The position numbers and the translations under genes are program-made. DNA of 64,000 nt. It comes from a virus. Shown here piece after piece: positions 1 to 11,700 of this stretch (its first letter is position 1; the number at the start of each line of letters is the position of its first letter). Where the stretch lies: IMG/VR virus record IMGVR_UViG_3300020469_000041, positions 3,404-67,403 of that record. One strand, 5' to 3'. Below the pieces are notes generated by a model. It made no database searches. It saw only the letters and a list, made by a program, of their open reading frames with translations, and was not told the DNA's origin.

Positions 1-192
1 CTTACCACCAATTAAATCGACGCTAGAAGCAACTCCACCAGATTCAGTTCCAGTACCAATGTATAATCTATCACCATTGTTTGCTTGTGTACCAGATACA
101 TATGAGTATGCTAATTCACCTGTTTTAATATTACTAGGAGCTGTGGTGGTTGCGCCCGTAGTTAAGATTTTAATCCTTGTTAAATTAGCCAC
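1..192 (-). CDS. tail fibre-like protein, N-terminal part (runs off window); not in ORF track
   Basis: GTG start overlaps the TAG of the upstream gene; translates MANLTRIKILTTGATTTAPSNIKTGELAYSYVSGTQANNGDRLYIGTG..., an N-terminus (GELAY..GDRLYIG) typical of marine phage fibre proteins. Confidence 0.65.
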   Translation of the reverse strand, partial: MANLTRIKILTTGATTTAPSNIKTGELAYSYVSGTQANNGDRLYIGTGTESGGVASSVDLIGGK

Positions 193-437
193 TAATATGT
201 GCCTCCTATTATATTCAGATTTTGATTTTCAATCTGAGTTGTAACTTTATATTCTCCAGCAGTCCCATCATAAATCATCATAACACCATCACTAGTTCCC
301 GATGTATTTACATCAGCTAAATCACCAAGGCTTAATTCACCTGCTTGGATTTTCATAGTTGTGGCCACAATTTCTTGTTGTGCGTTTGCTTTTCCTTTTA
401 ATTTTGCTGCATTTCTAATTTTAGCTCTTATGGTCAT
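192..437 (-). CDS. small tail-fibre-associated structural protein
   Basis: 81 aa, LGDLADV motif and C-terminal I-x-GG-x-Y typical of virion accessory proteins; tightly packed in the fibre operon. Confidence 0.5.
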   Translation of the reverse strand: MTIRAKIRNAAKLKGKANAQQEIVATTMKIQAGELSLGDLADVNTSGTSDGVMMIYDGTAGEYKVTTQIENQNLNIIGGTY

Positions 438-440
438 TGC

Positions 441-779
441 TTATGCCCTTGTAACGCCTGGTCTAACTTCTAGTTGTCCTTCGATAATTCTTGTTATTTC
501 ACTAGTTGAAGTTTTAGTAATTTCAACATCGTATACATATCTTCCAGCTTTTAATGCATTAGTTGTAGTGGCAGATAGAGCAATCTTTACAATACCACCA
601 GCTGCACTAAATACCGAAGCTGTAAATGCTGTTGAAGTTGTAGAAGTATAAGTCTTTCTTAACTGACCTTCAACAGTGTATCCAGCAAGATCTAATGGAT
701 CACCACTAGAATCTGTTACATCAATTTCAGCACCAAATGTACTTCCTTGGTCTACTGATAAATTAGAATATATTGCCAT
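441..779 (-). CDS. virion structural protein (BppU/baseplate upper protein-like Ig fold)
   Basis: DQGSTF..DLAGYT..GRYVYDVEI..RIIEG pattern common in T4-like marine phage structural genes. Confidence 0.6.
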   Translation of the reverse strand: MAIYSNLSVDQGSTFGAEIDVTDSSGDPLDLAGYTVEGQLRKTYTSTTSTAFTASVFSAAGGIVKIALSATTTNALKAGRYVYDVEITKTSTSEITRIIEGQLEVRPGVTRA

Positions 780-791
780 TCTATATTTCCT

Positions 792-3700
792 TTAACTATT
801 TATATCTTTTAAGCTTTCAATCTCAGCTCTAAGTAATTTATTTTCTTCTTTCAATTCTTTAATTGCTTCGATAAACAACGCTGATAGTTGGTTGTAATCT
901 ACTGCTTTATGAGTTTCATCTTCAACTTTCAAAGTCTCAACTTCTTTAACTGCACTCGGTAAAACATCTTCTACATTCTGCGCAATTACACCAGCAGATT
1001 CTTTACCATCTCTAATCCATTCAAAAGTTACACCATCTAATTGACATACTTTATCAAGAGCATTTGTAACTATATTCACATTAGTTTTTAATTTAGCATC
1101 TGACGCAGTAGTAGTTGAAAATGCTACAACATCTCCATCAGCATGGAAGTCTCCATTATTAGCCATTCTAAATTCATGAGTTGGATTACTACTAGTAGTA
1201 GCTGAAGTATAAAAATCAATATATCCTGTATCTCCACTTGCAACAGCTGAATGTAATTTAATATATGACTTAGCTGTTGCATGAGCATGACCTAAATATA
1301 TATCACCAGAATAACTACTTCTTCTTTGATCATTATCTAAATCAATTGTTATTTTGTCAGTGCCATCGGTCAAAGTTAAACCAATACCAGCATCTATAGT
1401 AAATGTATCGGAGTGACTATCAGCGCTATGTAATGTCGTATTAGTTCCATTATTTTGAGCCTGAATATTACTAAATGTAATTTGTTCTCCAGTTGCACCA
1501 GCCTCAATACCATCAAGCTTAGCTTTATCACTCCTACTCATCGCTCCAGCAAATAACGAAGTTGCAACCAACAAAACTCCATCATTACCAGTACTTGAAT
1601 TAATTGTTACTGTATCACTGCCTGATGTTTGTGTGACAGTTATATTAGTACCAACATTTACTTGAGCGCCTGTAGCAATACCATCAAGCTTATCATGATG
1701 AGTAACTGACATCACACCTGCCGCAGTACTTGAGGCCTCAAATATTTGAGAATTATTACCAGTACTAGAATTAATACCAACAATATTAGTACTTGTTGTA
1801 ACATTTAGGTTAGTACCTGGAGTTTCAATAGTAATATTATCATCACTGGTTTTTTGAATTGTTGTAATACCACCTGCAGTTAATTGAATATCATCAGTAC
1901 TGCTTGGATTAGTTCCTACTAATTGAATAAATGGGTTGAAATTATTTCCTACAGAACTTTGAGCAACTTTATGTGAATATGTAGTATTTGCAGTATCATT
2001 TTCCCAAGGAACATTAACAACACCCTGACCAGCAGAATTTACTTGAAGACCATAGGTTCTGCCGGCCGTGTCGGAAATACTCTCAGCTTCTTCAGTTTGC
2101 TCTGTATCATCAATTAATTCAATACCACCTCTTATTGTAGAAGTTGCAGCATCTAAGTTAATAGTTCCAGTCGAAGTTATTGGATTAGAACCTGGTGAGA
2201 CTGATAAACCAGTACCAGCTCCAACACTTGTTACTCCACTGCTTGTTGCAAAACCACCATAGTTACCAAGATCGTTACTAAAGTCGCTTAGTGTTACAGT
2301 TGATATTTTTTTCCTTTTCTGTACACCAGCACCATCTGCAGACCAGTTATCTAGAATTATCATATAATCATCAGCACCTACAACATCCTCAGACATATCA
2401 TCTAATTCAGTTAGATCTAAGTCAACTGTAAACGTTGCACTGCCTGCTTGATCCGCGCTAAATGTAGCAGAACCGTCAAGTCCTTTTGTTGTTGACATTG
2501 TTAATGTGCCATTGTTTGCACCGGCCGGTGCGCTAGGCATTGTGAATTGAACAGTAGTTACAGTTTCAGCGTGTCCTTGTGTATTAACAGCAACTCCAGT
2601 TACTGCTGAAAACTGTTCTCCAAAGGTTAAAGTATTTGCAGTTCCAGTAGCTTGACCCGTACCAATTCTTTCATCTCCATGAATAATTGATAAAGTATGA
2701 CTATCTCCAGATCGATCACCGGGAAAATCAGTTTTTATTGCAGTACCACCTATTATTCCTAGTGTTTCACTTCCAGTTATTGTTTCACTGTCTATTGGTT
2801 CCGCGCCACCTTTACCATCATCTCTTACATTAAAAGTCATTGCTGCAGGAATTTCACTCGGCCGAGGAATATTTACTTCACTACCGACTACACCATGTTG
2901 CCATCTGTCTGTTGTTTCATTCCATTTTAAACTAGCATTTGTTTGATTATATCTGAATCCTTCGATACCAAGATCAACAAGAGCAGTTGCTCCTTTATTA
3001 AGAAGAATAATGTTATCTTCTATAGTAACATTTTCAGTATCAAGAGTAGTTGTAGTACCAAGTACTGAAAGATTGCCGGTAATAGTTGCATTTCCACTAA
3101 CTCCCAAGTCTTGATTTACTTGAAGATCACCAGAAATAGTGGTATTTACACTTGCAGAATTACCTATAGTTACATTGCTATCAATTTGTCCGAGTCTTGT
3201 TTCAAGATTACTAACTGATACATCAACATCGGGACTATTTGCACCATGAAAATTAATAGAACCTGAGTTAGTATAAGTTACAGTAACATTACCGCTGTCT
3301 GTAAATCTGACGTTGTTATTAGATCCATCATTGTGTCTAAGTATTGGATCGTTACTATCATCATTAGAATTAACAGCAATAAAAGATGCTGTCTTTTCAT
3401 TAGAAGTTAATAAATAACTACCTAAGTTAGCGCTAACAACTACTTTAGTACCAGTTCGTGCTGTAGATATAACTCCACTGCCTTCAATATCAACTGTTGT
3501 ACCAGAACCAACTGCGCCCGTTCCACCAGAATCTGCAGTTATATTCCAACTAGAATAATTATCAACTAAATTACCATTCGAAGCACTAGTGATGTGACCT
3601 CTACTATCAATTGTTAAAGTAGGTATTCTATAACCATCTCCATATATTCCGGAACTTACTCCAGATGTCGGGTGACCATAAGAAACTGTATTGTTTGAGC

Positions 3701-6700
3701 TTGCATATGCTGTTGTTAAGAATGCATCATCAGCAAAGTTAACAACATTATCTCTATCAATGTCTGCCTTTTTTGTACCTTCAACAAAAAGATCCCAACC
3801 ATCAGTATCTGGATCAAAACCAAAATTAGCAAGTGTTAAATTGCGTTTCGTTACATTTAATCCAGTAAGATGACCTTCAGAATTACTTTGAATGTATATA
3901 TTATCTGGAACCTGAACACCAGTAAATGTTTCATTTTCTAATAGAGCGGTAAGACTTGGATGAACATATGGAGCTGGATTTTCTGCAGTTGTAAAAGCAG
4001 TTACGTGACCAAATGTGTCGAATGTTAAATTTTGTATATAAGTTCTACCAGTATTTGTAGATGATCCAAGTAGAGTTGATGTATCAGCATGAGCTATAGT
4101 AAAATTACTTGGATCTGATTGATCAGCCGACCAAGTAAGATCTCCAGATAAAGTAATACCAACACCCTGTATAGCAGTTGTAATACCATCTCCTATCGTT
4201 ACAGCTGCAGGAACAACAGTAGCTGCTGTTACATGACCAAATGTATCAAAGTCGAAATCAATATCTTGTATAAATGTATTATTACTATTGTTAGATGTTA
4301 AATCAGCAACTGGTGATGTATCAGCATGAGCAACAGTAATTGTAGATGTACCAGAACTATGTGCACTACTGATACTAATACCAGCTCCAGAAGCAAAGTT
4401 GACAATGTCTGTATTACCAACCTGATCTACTTGGTTACCATCTTCTTGTAATACCCAGTATGGATTTGTTGCTTGATATCTAGTATCAAAATTAGCGGCT
4501 GTTACAGCAGTAACGTGACCCTGAGCATTAGTAATAATCGATTTAATATATTGACCATTTTGTGTACCTGTTTGTCCATAAGTATCCGCAGTACCAAAGT
4601 TATCGTGATCAATTGTTAGTGTGTCACTAGTAGCGTTTGTTGTAATTGTAATAGCATCAGCACCAGCTAAAGTTAGAGTATCTGCGTTCGAATCAGCCAC
4701 AATACTACTTTGGCCTGAAACAGCTATTGTTTTAAATATGTTTTGTGATGAACCTAAATCTGTATTTGTAATAGTAATAATATTATCACCACTACCAATT
4801 GTAGAAATACCAGTACCTTGTGTAAGATTCAATGCATCATTATTATTATCAGCAGTTGCAGTTGTACCTGATGAAGGAACTGCACTAGAGAATATATTAA
4901 GAGCTGCTGCAGCTACAGAACCTCTATCAGTATTAGTATATGTTACAGCAAAGCCCGTTACGCTTTCACTTAGTCCTGCTCCAGCACTAAATGTTAAATC
5001 ATCTGAGGGTCCAAAATCAGCTCCTTCAACCTTAGGAGTATCAAGAGTTGCGGTTGAAAGAATTAATGCTCCATCAGCTTCCCATCTTCCTCCGCCAGCT
5101 GCACCGTAATTGTATACAATACTATGAGCTCCAGTTACTCCAGCAGCAACACCACTTGGACTTGTAATTGGTCCAACTTCTAAACCAAAACCACCTGTTG
5201 TTGGTTCTGATGAAAGGTTATTACCAGCAAGAACTAATGTATCTTCAACAGTTAATGTCTCAGTGTTTAAAACTGTTTGTGTGCCTTCAACTTGTAAGTT
5301 ACCACCAACATATAAATTCTTACCAATTGAAGCACCACCGGTTACAATTAATGCTCCGTCTGTTGCACTACTTACAGTTGATTCTGTAGAATTTGTTATT
5401 GTAGTAATACCGTTGATAGTTACCGCACCTCTTAATGTTGAACTAAGAGCAACATCTAATGTTCCGTCTGTATCAACATTACCTGATATATCTAACGATC
5501 CAGCATCTAACTCACCAGTAAGTGTAATATTTCTAAATCCTGAAATATCTTTATTTCCATCTACGACTACAGCTTTTGAAGCACTTACTGTACCAGCTGT
5601 TACACTATCAATAGTTTCTAATTCAGCTTCTGATATATTTGCTGAACCTATAACAAAAGAAGTACCTGTTATTGCTCCACCAGTGATTGACGAAGTTCCA
5701 ACATTGATATTACCAAAATCTGAAGTAATACTACCAGCGTTTAGAGCACCGACTGTTGTAACATTTGACAATGTATCTAATGCAGATTCAAAGTAGGTTT
5801 CAAAGTTTTGAAGACCAACTTGCTTCATTGTTCCATTATCATTTACGACTAATCTATCAGCATCTACTAATGTTGTAGAAGTTGCTGATGTTCCACCATC
5901 CATTACATTTAATTCTGTAGCAGTAGCAGTTAATGTTATTCCATTGATTGATAATGCATCAGTTTCCAAAGAGCCATCAATATCAACATTACCAGATATA
6001 TCTAAGTTTGTAAATACTGAAGTTCCTACTGCAGTAACTGTTCCAGAGAATATAGCATTAGCTCCACTACCTGTAAGCATAGTAGTAGAACCAGATTTAA
6101 TAAGTATATTATTAGTACCACTTGCTTTGTCTATTTCTCCGTATTGAGTACCAGCAGCTTTTAATGTTAAATTACCACCGCCAGAATCTAATATAACATC
6201 TCCGGCAGAATCAATAGTAAATGTTCCTGATGTTACATTAAATGCATTTGAACCTGCACTAATTTCATATGCCGATGCATCGAAGACACCTTCGATTTCG
6301 TTAATTGCGCCAACTAAGAAATTAGCATCTGTACTTAATGTGACAGAACCTGCTGTATGAATATCATCATATATTTCGTTAATAGCATCTAAGATAGAAG
6401 TTTTGTCTGCAGTTTTAAGATCAGACATTTCTCTTCTTGATCCACCAGATCCGGCATTACCAGCATTAAATAGATCAGCTTCGATTTCATTAATAGCATC
6501 AACAACGCTTGTATTGGTTGTGTGAAGAGTTGTTAGCGATCCATTTACATTAATATCGTCTTGAGTATTTTTAATTGCAGTTGTAAGATCGGCTCCAGCA
6601 TAAGCTGTATCACCAATCTCTGCATCAAGAACTCTGACTGCTCCAGAAAGATCAGTAGAGTTAGCTGCATCAACAGGACCACCTGTTCCAAATACCATGT

Positions 6701-8495
6701 TACCAATTTGCGATTCATGTTCGTTGATCGCATCTCTTACGTTTTGAGCAGCTGTATTTAATATATAGTTAGAATTAGTTCCTCTTAATACTGTTTCAAA
6801 TTCGTTAATCGCTGCAAGAACGTTATTAGCATTTGTGCCTATAACATAACCAGTTCTTTGAGTTGTATCATCTCTTAGAACATTTTCTAATTCGTTAATA
6901 GCTGCAACAAGATCAGAAGTTGTATTAGTATCTAAACTAGTTACATCACCAACATCTCCTTGTAATTCTTTAATTCCACCAGTGGCTGTTGTTGCAGTGT
7001 AACCTGTAGCATCATCAATTTCTAAATGATCACCAAGTTCAGCTCTTAATTCTCTTACAGCCGCAGATAAATTATTTGCAGTTAAACCAGTAAGTGTCAT
7101 ATTACCAATATCAGTTTCATGCTCATTAATTGCTGCTGTTAAATCAGTTGCAGAAGTATCTAAACTTAATGAACCAACTTCTGTGTGCAATTGATTAAGT
7201 GCACCAGTAATTGTGTTTGAACCCGAATCAATAGTAGTAATATTTTCATTACCAATTTGATCTTCATGTTCTCTTACTGCAGATGTTAAGTTTGAAGCTG
7301 TTGTTCCTAAATTACCAGATGTAACATTTCCAACTTCTGTATGTAATTGCTCGAGTGCGCCAGTGATATTATCATTAGAACCTGATATGCCAGTAATATC
7401 AACATTACCAATCTGTGTTTCATGTTCCGCGATAGCAGTACTTACAGTAGAGGCTGTTGTACCCATAGCTCCAGCTGTAATTGTTCCAAGTTCCGCGTCA
7501 TGTTCATTGACCGCTAGAACCAAATCATTAGCAGCTGTTGTTAAGCTTTCAACAGTACCAATGTCGTCTTGTAATTCGTTTATTGCTGCTACAACATCTA
7601 AAGAGAATATTTTAATTACATCTGATGCGGCAGCTGGAGTTGTTAATTGTATATAAGATCCATAAGTAGAATCAACTGCAGTTAAAGCTCCATGTTGAGC
7701 TCCAGTAATAGTATCACTAGAGCCTAAAGCTCGTATTAAAGTGCCAGCATTTAATGATCCATTAAATGTCTTAAGGCGAATAACTCCATCTGAAATAGAA
7801 TGTAATGTTCCATAAAAAGTAGCATTTGCTTCTACATTAGCTTGAGATGTTTGTTCTGATCCCTGATATATTGTTACACCTTCAGTATAATTCGTTAGTG
7901 TTGGAGATCCAGTTTGTGAAATAGTTGCTCTAATATTAGCTGTATGAAAACCTGCAGCAGTGATTCCTTGAGTAAGCTCAGTTCCATTTTTATAAACTCT
8001 TACAATTCCAACCGGAAAAGATTCAATAACTATTCGAATAACTTTAGCATTAGCAATTGTGTCGGGAGTTGCTCCAACTTTTAAATCAGCTGATGTACTA
8101 AATGTTCCAGAAGAATCTCTAACTAAAATTTTACTTGTTGATGCTGATACAATTATTGCTGTCCAAGATGGAGTTCCAGAACTTCCTTGATATATTGTAG
8201 CACCAGCAATATAAGAAGAATCTAGAGATGAAACACCTTCTAAAATAATATATCCACCAGTATTGTCTACTGTATGAGCTGGACTTATTTCGAAGCGAGC
8301 TGTTTTTGCTGGACTAGAAGTATCACTACCAGAAAAAAGAACATCTCCTGCAGATGCAGTATAGTTATAAGTCTTATCTGCCATTAAAGCATTGAGTTGT
8401 TCGTTATCACCTAAGTGTAAAGAGATCTCATTCGACTTTTGTCTAAGTTCTTCTAGTGTATTATTTTTTAGAATTCTTGTTTCTTTATTAGCCAT
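792..8495 (-). CDS. long tail fibre protein with C-terminal peptidase S74 intramolecular chaperone
   Basis: 2567 aa, G/S/T-rich; (D/N)LxxAINE repeats; FDxxGH(V/I)T repeats; C-terminal SDAKLKTNV...GVIAQNVE...VDYNQL plus coiled coil. Confidence 0.85.
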   Translation of the reverse strand: MANKETRILKNNTLEELRQKSNEISLHLGDNEQLNALMADKTYNYTASAGDVLFSGSDTSSPAKTARFEISPAHTVDNTGGYIILEGVSSLDSSYIAGATIYQGSSGTPSWTAIIVSASTSKILVRDSSGTFSTSADLKVGATPDTIANAKVIRIVIESFPVGIVRVYKNGTELTQGITAAGFHTANIRATISQTGSPTLTNYTEGVTIYQGSEQTSQANVEANATFYGTLHSISDGVIRLKTFNGSLNAGTLIRALGSSDTITGAQHGALTAVDSTYGSYIQLTTPAAASDVIKIFSLDVVAAINELQDDIGTVESLTTAANDLVLAVNEHDAELGTITAGAMGTTASTVSTAIAEHETQIGNVDITGISGSNDNITGALEQLHTEVGNVTSGNLGTTASNLTSAVREHEDQIGNENITTIDSGSNTITGALNQLHTEVGSLSLDTSATDLTAAINEHETDIGNMTLTGLTANNLSAAVRELRAELGDHLEIDDATGYTATTATGGIKELQGDVGDVTSLDTNTTSDLVAAINELENVLRDDTTQRTGYVIGTNANNVLAAINEFETVLRGTNSNYILNTAAQNVRDAINEHESQIGNMVFGTGGPVDAANSTDLSGAVRVLDAEIGDTAYAGADLTTAIKNTQDDINVNGSLTTLHTTNTSVVDAINEIEADLFNAGNAGSGGSRREMSDLKTADKTSILDAINEIYDDIHTAGSVTLSTDANFLVGAINEIEGVFDASAYEISAGSNAFNVTSGTFTIDSAGDVILDSGGGNLTLKAAGTQYGEIDKASGTNNILIKSGSTTMLTGSGANAIFSGTVTAVGTSVFTNLDISGNVDIDGSLETDALSINGITLTATATELNVMDGGTSATSTTLVDADRLVVNDNGTMKQVGLQNFETYFESALDTLSNVTTVGALNAGSITSDFGNINVGTSSITGGAITGTSFVIGSANISEAELETIDSVTAGTVSASKAVVVDGNKDISGFRNITLTGELDAGSLDISGNVDTDGTLDVALSSTLRGAVTINGITTITNSTESTVSSATDGALIVTGGASIGKNLYVGGNLQVEGTQTVLNTETLTVEDTLVLAGNNLSSEPTTGGFGLEVGPITSPSGVAAGVTGAHSIVYNYGAAGGGRWEADGALILSTATLDTPKVEGADFGPSDDLTFSAGAGLSESVTGFAVTYTNTDRGSVAAAALNIFSSAVPSSGTTATADNNNDALNLTQGTGISTIGSGDNIITITNTDLGSSQNIFKTIAVSGQSSIVADSNADTLTLAGADAITITTNATSDTLTIDHDNFGTADTYGQTGTQNGQYIKSIITNAQGHVTAVTAANFDTRYQATNPYWVLQEDGNQVDQVGNTDIVNFASGAGISISSAHSSGTSTITVAHADTSPVADLTSNNSNNTFIQDIDFDFDTFGHVTAATVVPAAVTIGDGITTAIQGVGITLSGDLTWSADQSDPSNFTIAHADTSTLLGSSTNTGRTYIQNLTFDTFGHVTAFTTAENPAPYVHPSLTALLENETFTGVQVPDNIYIQSNSEGHLTGLNVTKRNLTLANFGFDPDTDGWDLFVEGTKKADIDRDNVVNFADDAFLTTAYASSNNTVSYGHPTSGVSSGIYGDGYRIPTLTIDSRGHITSASNGNLVDNYSSWNITADSGGTGAVGSGTTVDIEGSGVISTARTGTKVVVSANLGSYLLTSNEKTASFIAVNSNDDSNDPILRHNDGSNNNVRFTDSGNVTVTYTNSGSINFHGANSPDVDVSVSNLETRLGQIDSNVTIGNSASVNTTISGDLQVNQDLGVSGNATITGNLSVLGTTTTLDTENVTIEDNIILLNKGATALVDLGIEGFRYNQTNASLKWNETTDRWQHGVVGSEVNIPRPSEIPAAMTFNVRDDGKGGAEPIDSETITGSETLGIIGGTAIKTDFPGDRSGDSHTLSIIHGDERIGTGQATGTANTLTFGEQFSAVTGVAVNTQGHAETVTTVQFTMPSAPAGANNGTLTMSTTKGLDGSATFSADQAGSATFTVDLDLTELDDMSEDVVGADDYMIILDNWSADGAGVQKRKKISTVTLSDFSNDLGNYGGFATSSGVTSVGAGTGLSVSPGSNPITSTGTINLDAATSTIRGGIELIDDTEQTEEAESISDTAGRTYGLQVNSAGQGVVNVPWENDTANTTYSHKVAQSSVGNNFNPFIQLVGTNPSSTDDIQLTAGGITTIQKTSDDNITIETPGTNLNVTTSTNIVGINSSTGNNSQIFEASSTAAGVMSVTHHDKLDGIATGAQVNVGTNITVTQTSGSDTVTINSSTGNDGVLLVATSLFAGAMSRSDKAKLDGIEAGATGEQITFSNIQAQNNGTNTTLHSADSHSDTFTIDAGIGLTLTDGTDKITIDLDNDQRRSSYSGDIYLGHAHATAKSYIKLHSAVASGDTGYIDFYTSATTSSNPTHEFRMANNGDFHADGDVVAFSTTTASDAKLKTNVNIVTNALDKVCQLDGVTFEWIRDGKESAGVIAQNVEDVLPSAVKEVETLKVEDETHKAVDYNQLSALFIEAIKELKEENKLLRAEIESLKDINS
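797..804 (-). promoter_or_regulatory. T4-type late promoter TATAAATA
   Basis: exact TATAAATA on the minus strand ~18 nt upstream of the 779 start. Confidence 0.6.
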
Positions 8496-8722
8496 TATTT
8501 TCCACCAATTAGTTTCTGTAACATTTTCTTAATTTCGGCAACATCACTTTTTAAATTATCAATATCTTGAGTTTGTTGTTCATCCAGTTTTCTTTTCATT
8601 TCCGTTGCTTTGATTTGACTTCTTCTAGCTAGATAAGCATCGTTATTAATATTTATAATAGCTGTATTAGCGCTATCTCTTTCTAGGCTAGGATTACCTT
8701 CAACTTTTATTTTTTTAGCCAT
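8495..8722 (-). CDS. conserved small T4-like protein (coiled-coil C-terminus)
   Basis: KVEG..LERD..AIIN motif; usual neighbour of the DUF4815 gene. Confidence 0.5.
   Translation of the reverse strand: MAKKIKVEGNPSLERDSANTAIININNDAYLARRSQIKATEMKRKLDEQQTQDIDNLKSDVAEIKKMLQKLIGGK
8650..8657 (-). promoter_or_regulatory. T4-type late promoter TATAAATA (candidate for the tail fibre gene)
   Basis: exact motif ~155 nt upstream of the fibre start. Confidence 0.4.
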
Positions 8723-8734
8723 TCATATTCTCCA

Positions 8735-11700
8735 TTAAGTAGCAGCTATAGCTCTAAAATCTTTTACTGTTGGTGGCCTTGCAGAATTTTTAGATCTTAA
8801 AATAATCTTAAAGGCCATAGAACCAAATGTTCCAGTTGGATCAATAGCATATTTACTTTCATTATAAATATTCTGATCATCATTAATTGGTATGGCATCT
8901 ACTGGACTTGCTTGAATCCAAGCTATAGAATTAAAATCTACATCACTACCAGAAGGAACTGTTCTATAATAAAAATCAATACTAGATCCTGATGGTCTGT
9001 TTGAAGAAAGATAAACATTAATAACATCTGCTTCTTCAGCCAAATCAATCTTCTTAGTTATATATTTACAAAGTTCAGAACCACCATAAGCATTAGTCTC
9101 AACTACAGTTCCATTATCTCCAATTCTATTTTGAACCGTAATTACTGATAATCTATTAGCATCTAGAACGGGAGTAAGGTGATCTCTAGTAGTTGTTAAA
9201 ACTGCCCTTAGTGTAAAGGTTTTAGCTCCTCCAGATTCATTAGCTGTCGAAGATATAACTAATGGATTACTATATTCTTCATTCATATTAGCTTTTATTT
9301 CTATTTCGTTATTAGTGGAGTATGGTGTTTGAGCACCATCAATAGATCTTTGCGAAGTTGAAGTTAAATAAAATCTAATATCAGTACTAGGAACAATCGC
9401 CGTAGCTGCTACCAAATGAGATACATCAATTTGAATATTCTCAGTAGCAGTTATTAACGAACCACCACCGGATCCAGCAGCACTAGCGGTATCACTATTT
9501 AGCGCTGTAATACTATATGTATCATGAGTAATATTTGATATTGTATGTGTACCATTAATATTTGTAGCATCAATACCGTTAAAGGTTATTGCTCCAGATA
9601 TAACAACACTAGAAGTAGTACCATGCATAGCATGGTTTTTATGTCTAACTGTTATAACACCAGATCCACTTGTAGTAGATAGAGCATCAGGTTTTAATAA
9701 TTTTACTGGGTTAGCATCATTGACAAATGTTACTTCTTCAGATGAATTAGTAAATTTTGCTCTCTTAAGAGTAAACTTAAGATCTTTACTTTGATCAGGT
9801 GTCCATGTAGAAGCATTCTGAGAAGTAAAGAATGAACCACCATGAGGCTGCTTATTAATTCTATAGTTTGCATTTGTTACATCTAATCCACCCATTTCAG
9901 CGACCCAAGCTTTATACTCATCACAATCAGATTGAATAACAATAGCGTATTCTTGATCTTGTAATAAGTATACTGGATAATCAAAAGTAAACGTTGTAGC
10001 TGTTGCTGCAGTAGAAGAAACATTAACGCTTCCTGGAAATAATTCTACTTCAGTTCCAGGAATAACTGTTTGTGTAGGTATACCATTTTCAGTAGTAACT
10101 ATGCTTACACAAACTGGAATTTCTGCATCATCTCCTGTTTTAATAGTATACTTAGATTCAAAATATAAATCAAGAGAAGTAACAAATATACCACCGCTTT
10201 TTTCTATTAAAATGCTTTGTGCTAATGGATCAATCCAAGTAGTAACAGTTCTATTAAATGTTTCGCTTACAACTCTGGCGTCGTTAACTCTAGAAATTTC
10301 TAATCTAGGAACCTTTGTACTAACAACAGTTCTTTGTGTTGATTCAATGAGACCTTGAGAATGAAACTGAGTTTCAGCTGATGTTGCTTCAAGAGATCTA
10401 GCACCTGTCGAAGAATCACTTAATCTAAATTCTTTAGTTCCACTTTTAAACTTAGTAACAGAATTTCTTGGTATTACAAATGATCCAGTTATCTGGCCTT
10501 TATTATTTGTTATTAAATCACTTGCTCCATCTGGATGTGTAGTAGCTCCAGGATATTGAACAACTCCAGTTGTATCTGACCACTCTTGATATGCCTCTTC
10601 TTTACAATAAGTAGTAACATTAACATCATTAAAGAAAGCATATACTTTAGTATTAGGTTTCATACGAGAAGCTTTAAAGTATATCTTTCTTGATCTCATA
10701 AATGGTACAAAGTTAGTTTCAACAATTCTATTTCCAGTTTCTTTTGTCACTGTATCAAAAGCAACTTCAGTTCTTAAACCAGACCGTGATTGATTATCTG
10801 TAACAGTTGTAGCTGTAACAGTTTGAAATTCTCTACTGCCGCCGCGTCTTGTTCTTGTTCTACCAGTGAATCCAGCGCTAACTAGTTCTGTTTCGATTTG
10901 TCTACCGGCCCAGTTAGTTTCCCATTCATTCCAAACAGTTCCTAATATACCTTCTTCTTCTGCTCTTGCTACAAATTGATCATATTGACCATTATCATCA
11001 ATAACAATATCTGGTCTGATTTCTGTTTCTTTCCATTCATCTGATTCTGGAGAAAGCTGAACTCTACCAGCCCAACTAAAGACTGCATAAGGGTTAACGT
11101 TAATAGCAACAGATGCGTACGGCTGTTTTGTATGTTCTACTTCAGTATGTGCCATTGTCCAGTTAGAAGACTTTTTAACAGCAGTATTAGATGCCGAAGA
11201 TTTAGTAATTAAGTTAACATTTTTAGTTGGACACTCAGGCCTTAATAGACCAAATTGCTTATCAATAGATTCACTACATTCTGGATGAGTCATATCAGCA
11301 ACTGATTGATCTTTAAATGAATCAACGACAATACCATTTTTAAATCTACTAAGTCCAGCAACATCAACCATATGAATATCAGCAGCAGATTGCTCTAGTA
11401 AAGATAATGAAGTATAGTATTCTAGATTCTTAATTCTTTTATCTAGTTTACCAATATCTTTCATTGTGTATCTTTTATTATCTTGCATCTCAGGAGCAAC
11501 ATCAGATAAACTAAATACATATGGACTTAGTTTTAATTGATATAATGTCAAGCCATCTTCTTTATCTGCGGGAGGCTGAGGATATTCTGAAGGGACACCT
11601 TTTATTATTTCAAAAGCTCCATCTCTTTTCATTATTAATTTATCAGTTCTTGGTAGATAGTAGTTTATATCTGCTGTTAAAGCATGTCCTACTTTAGGAG

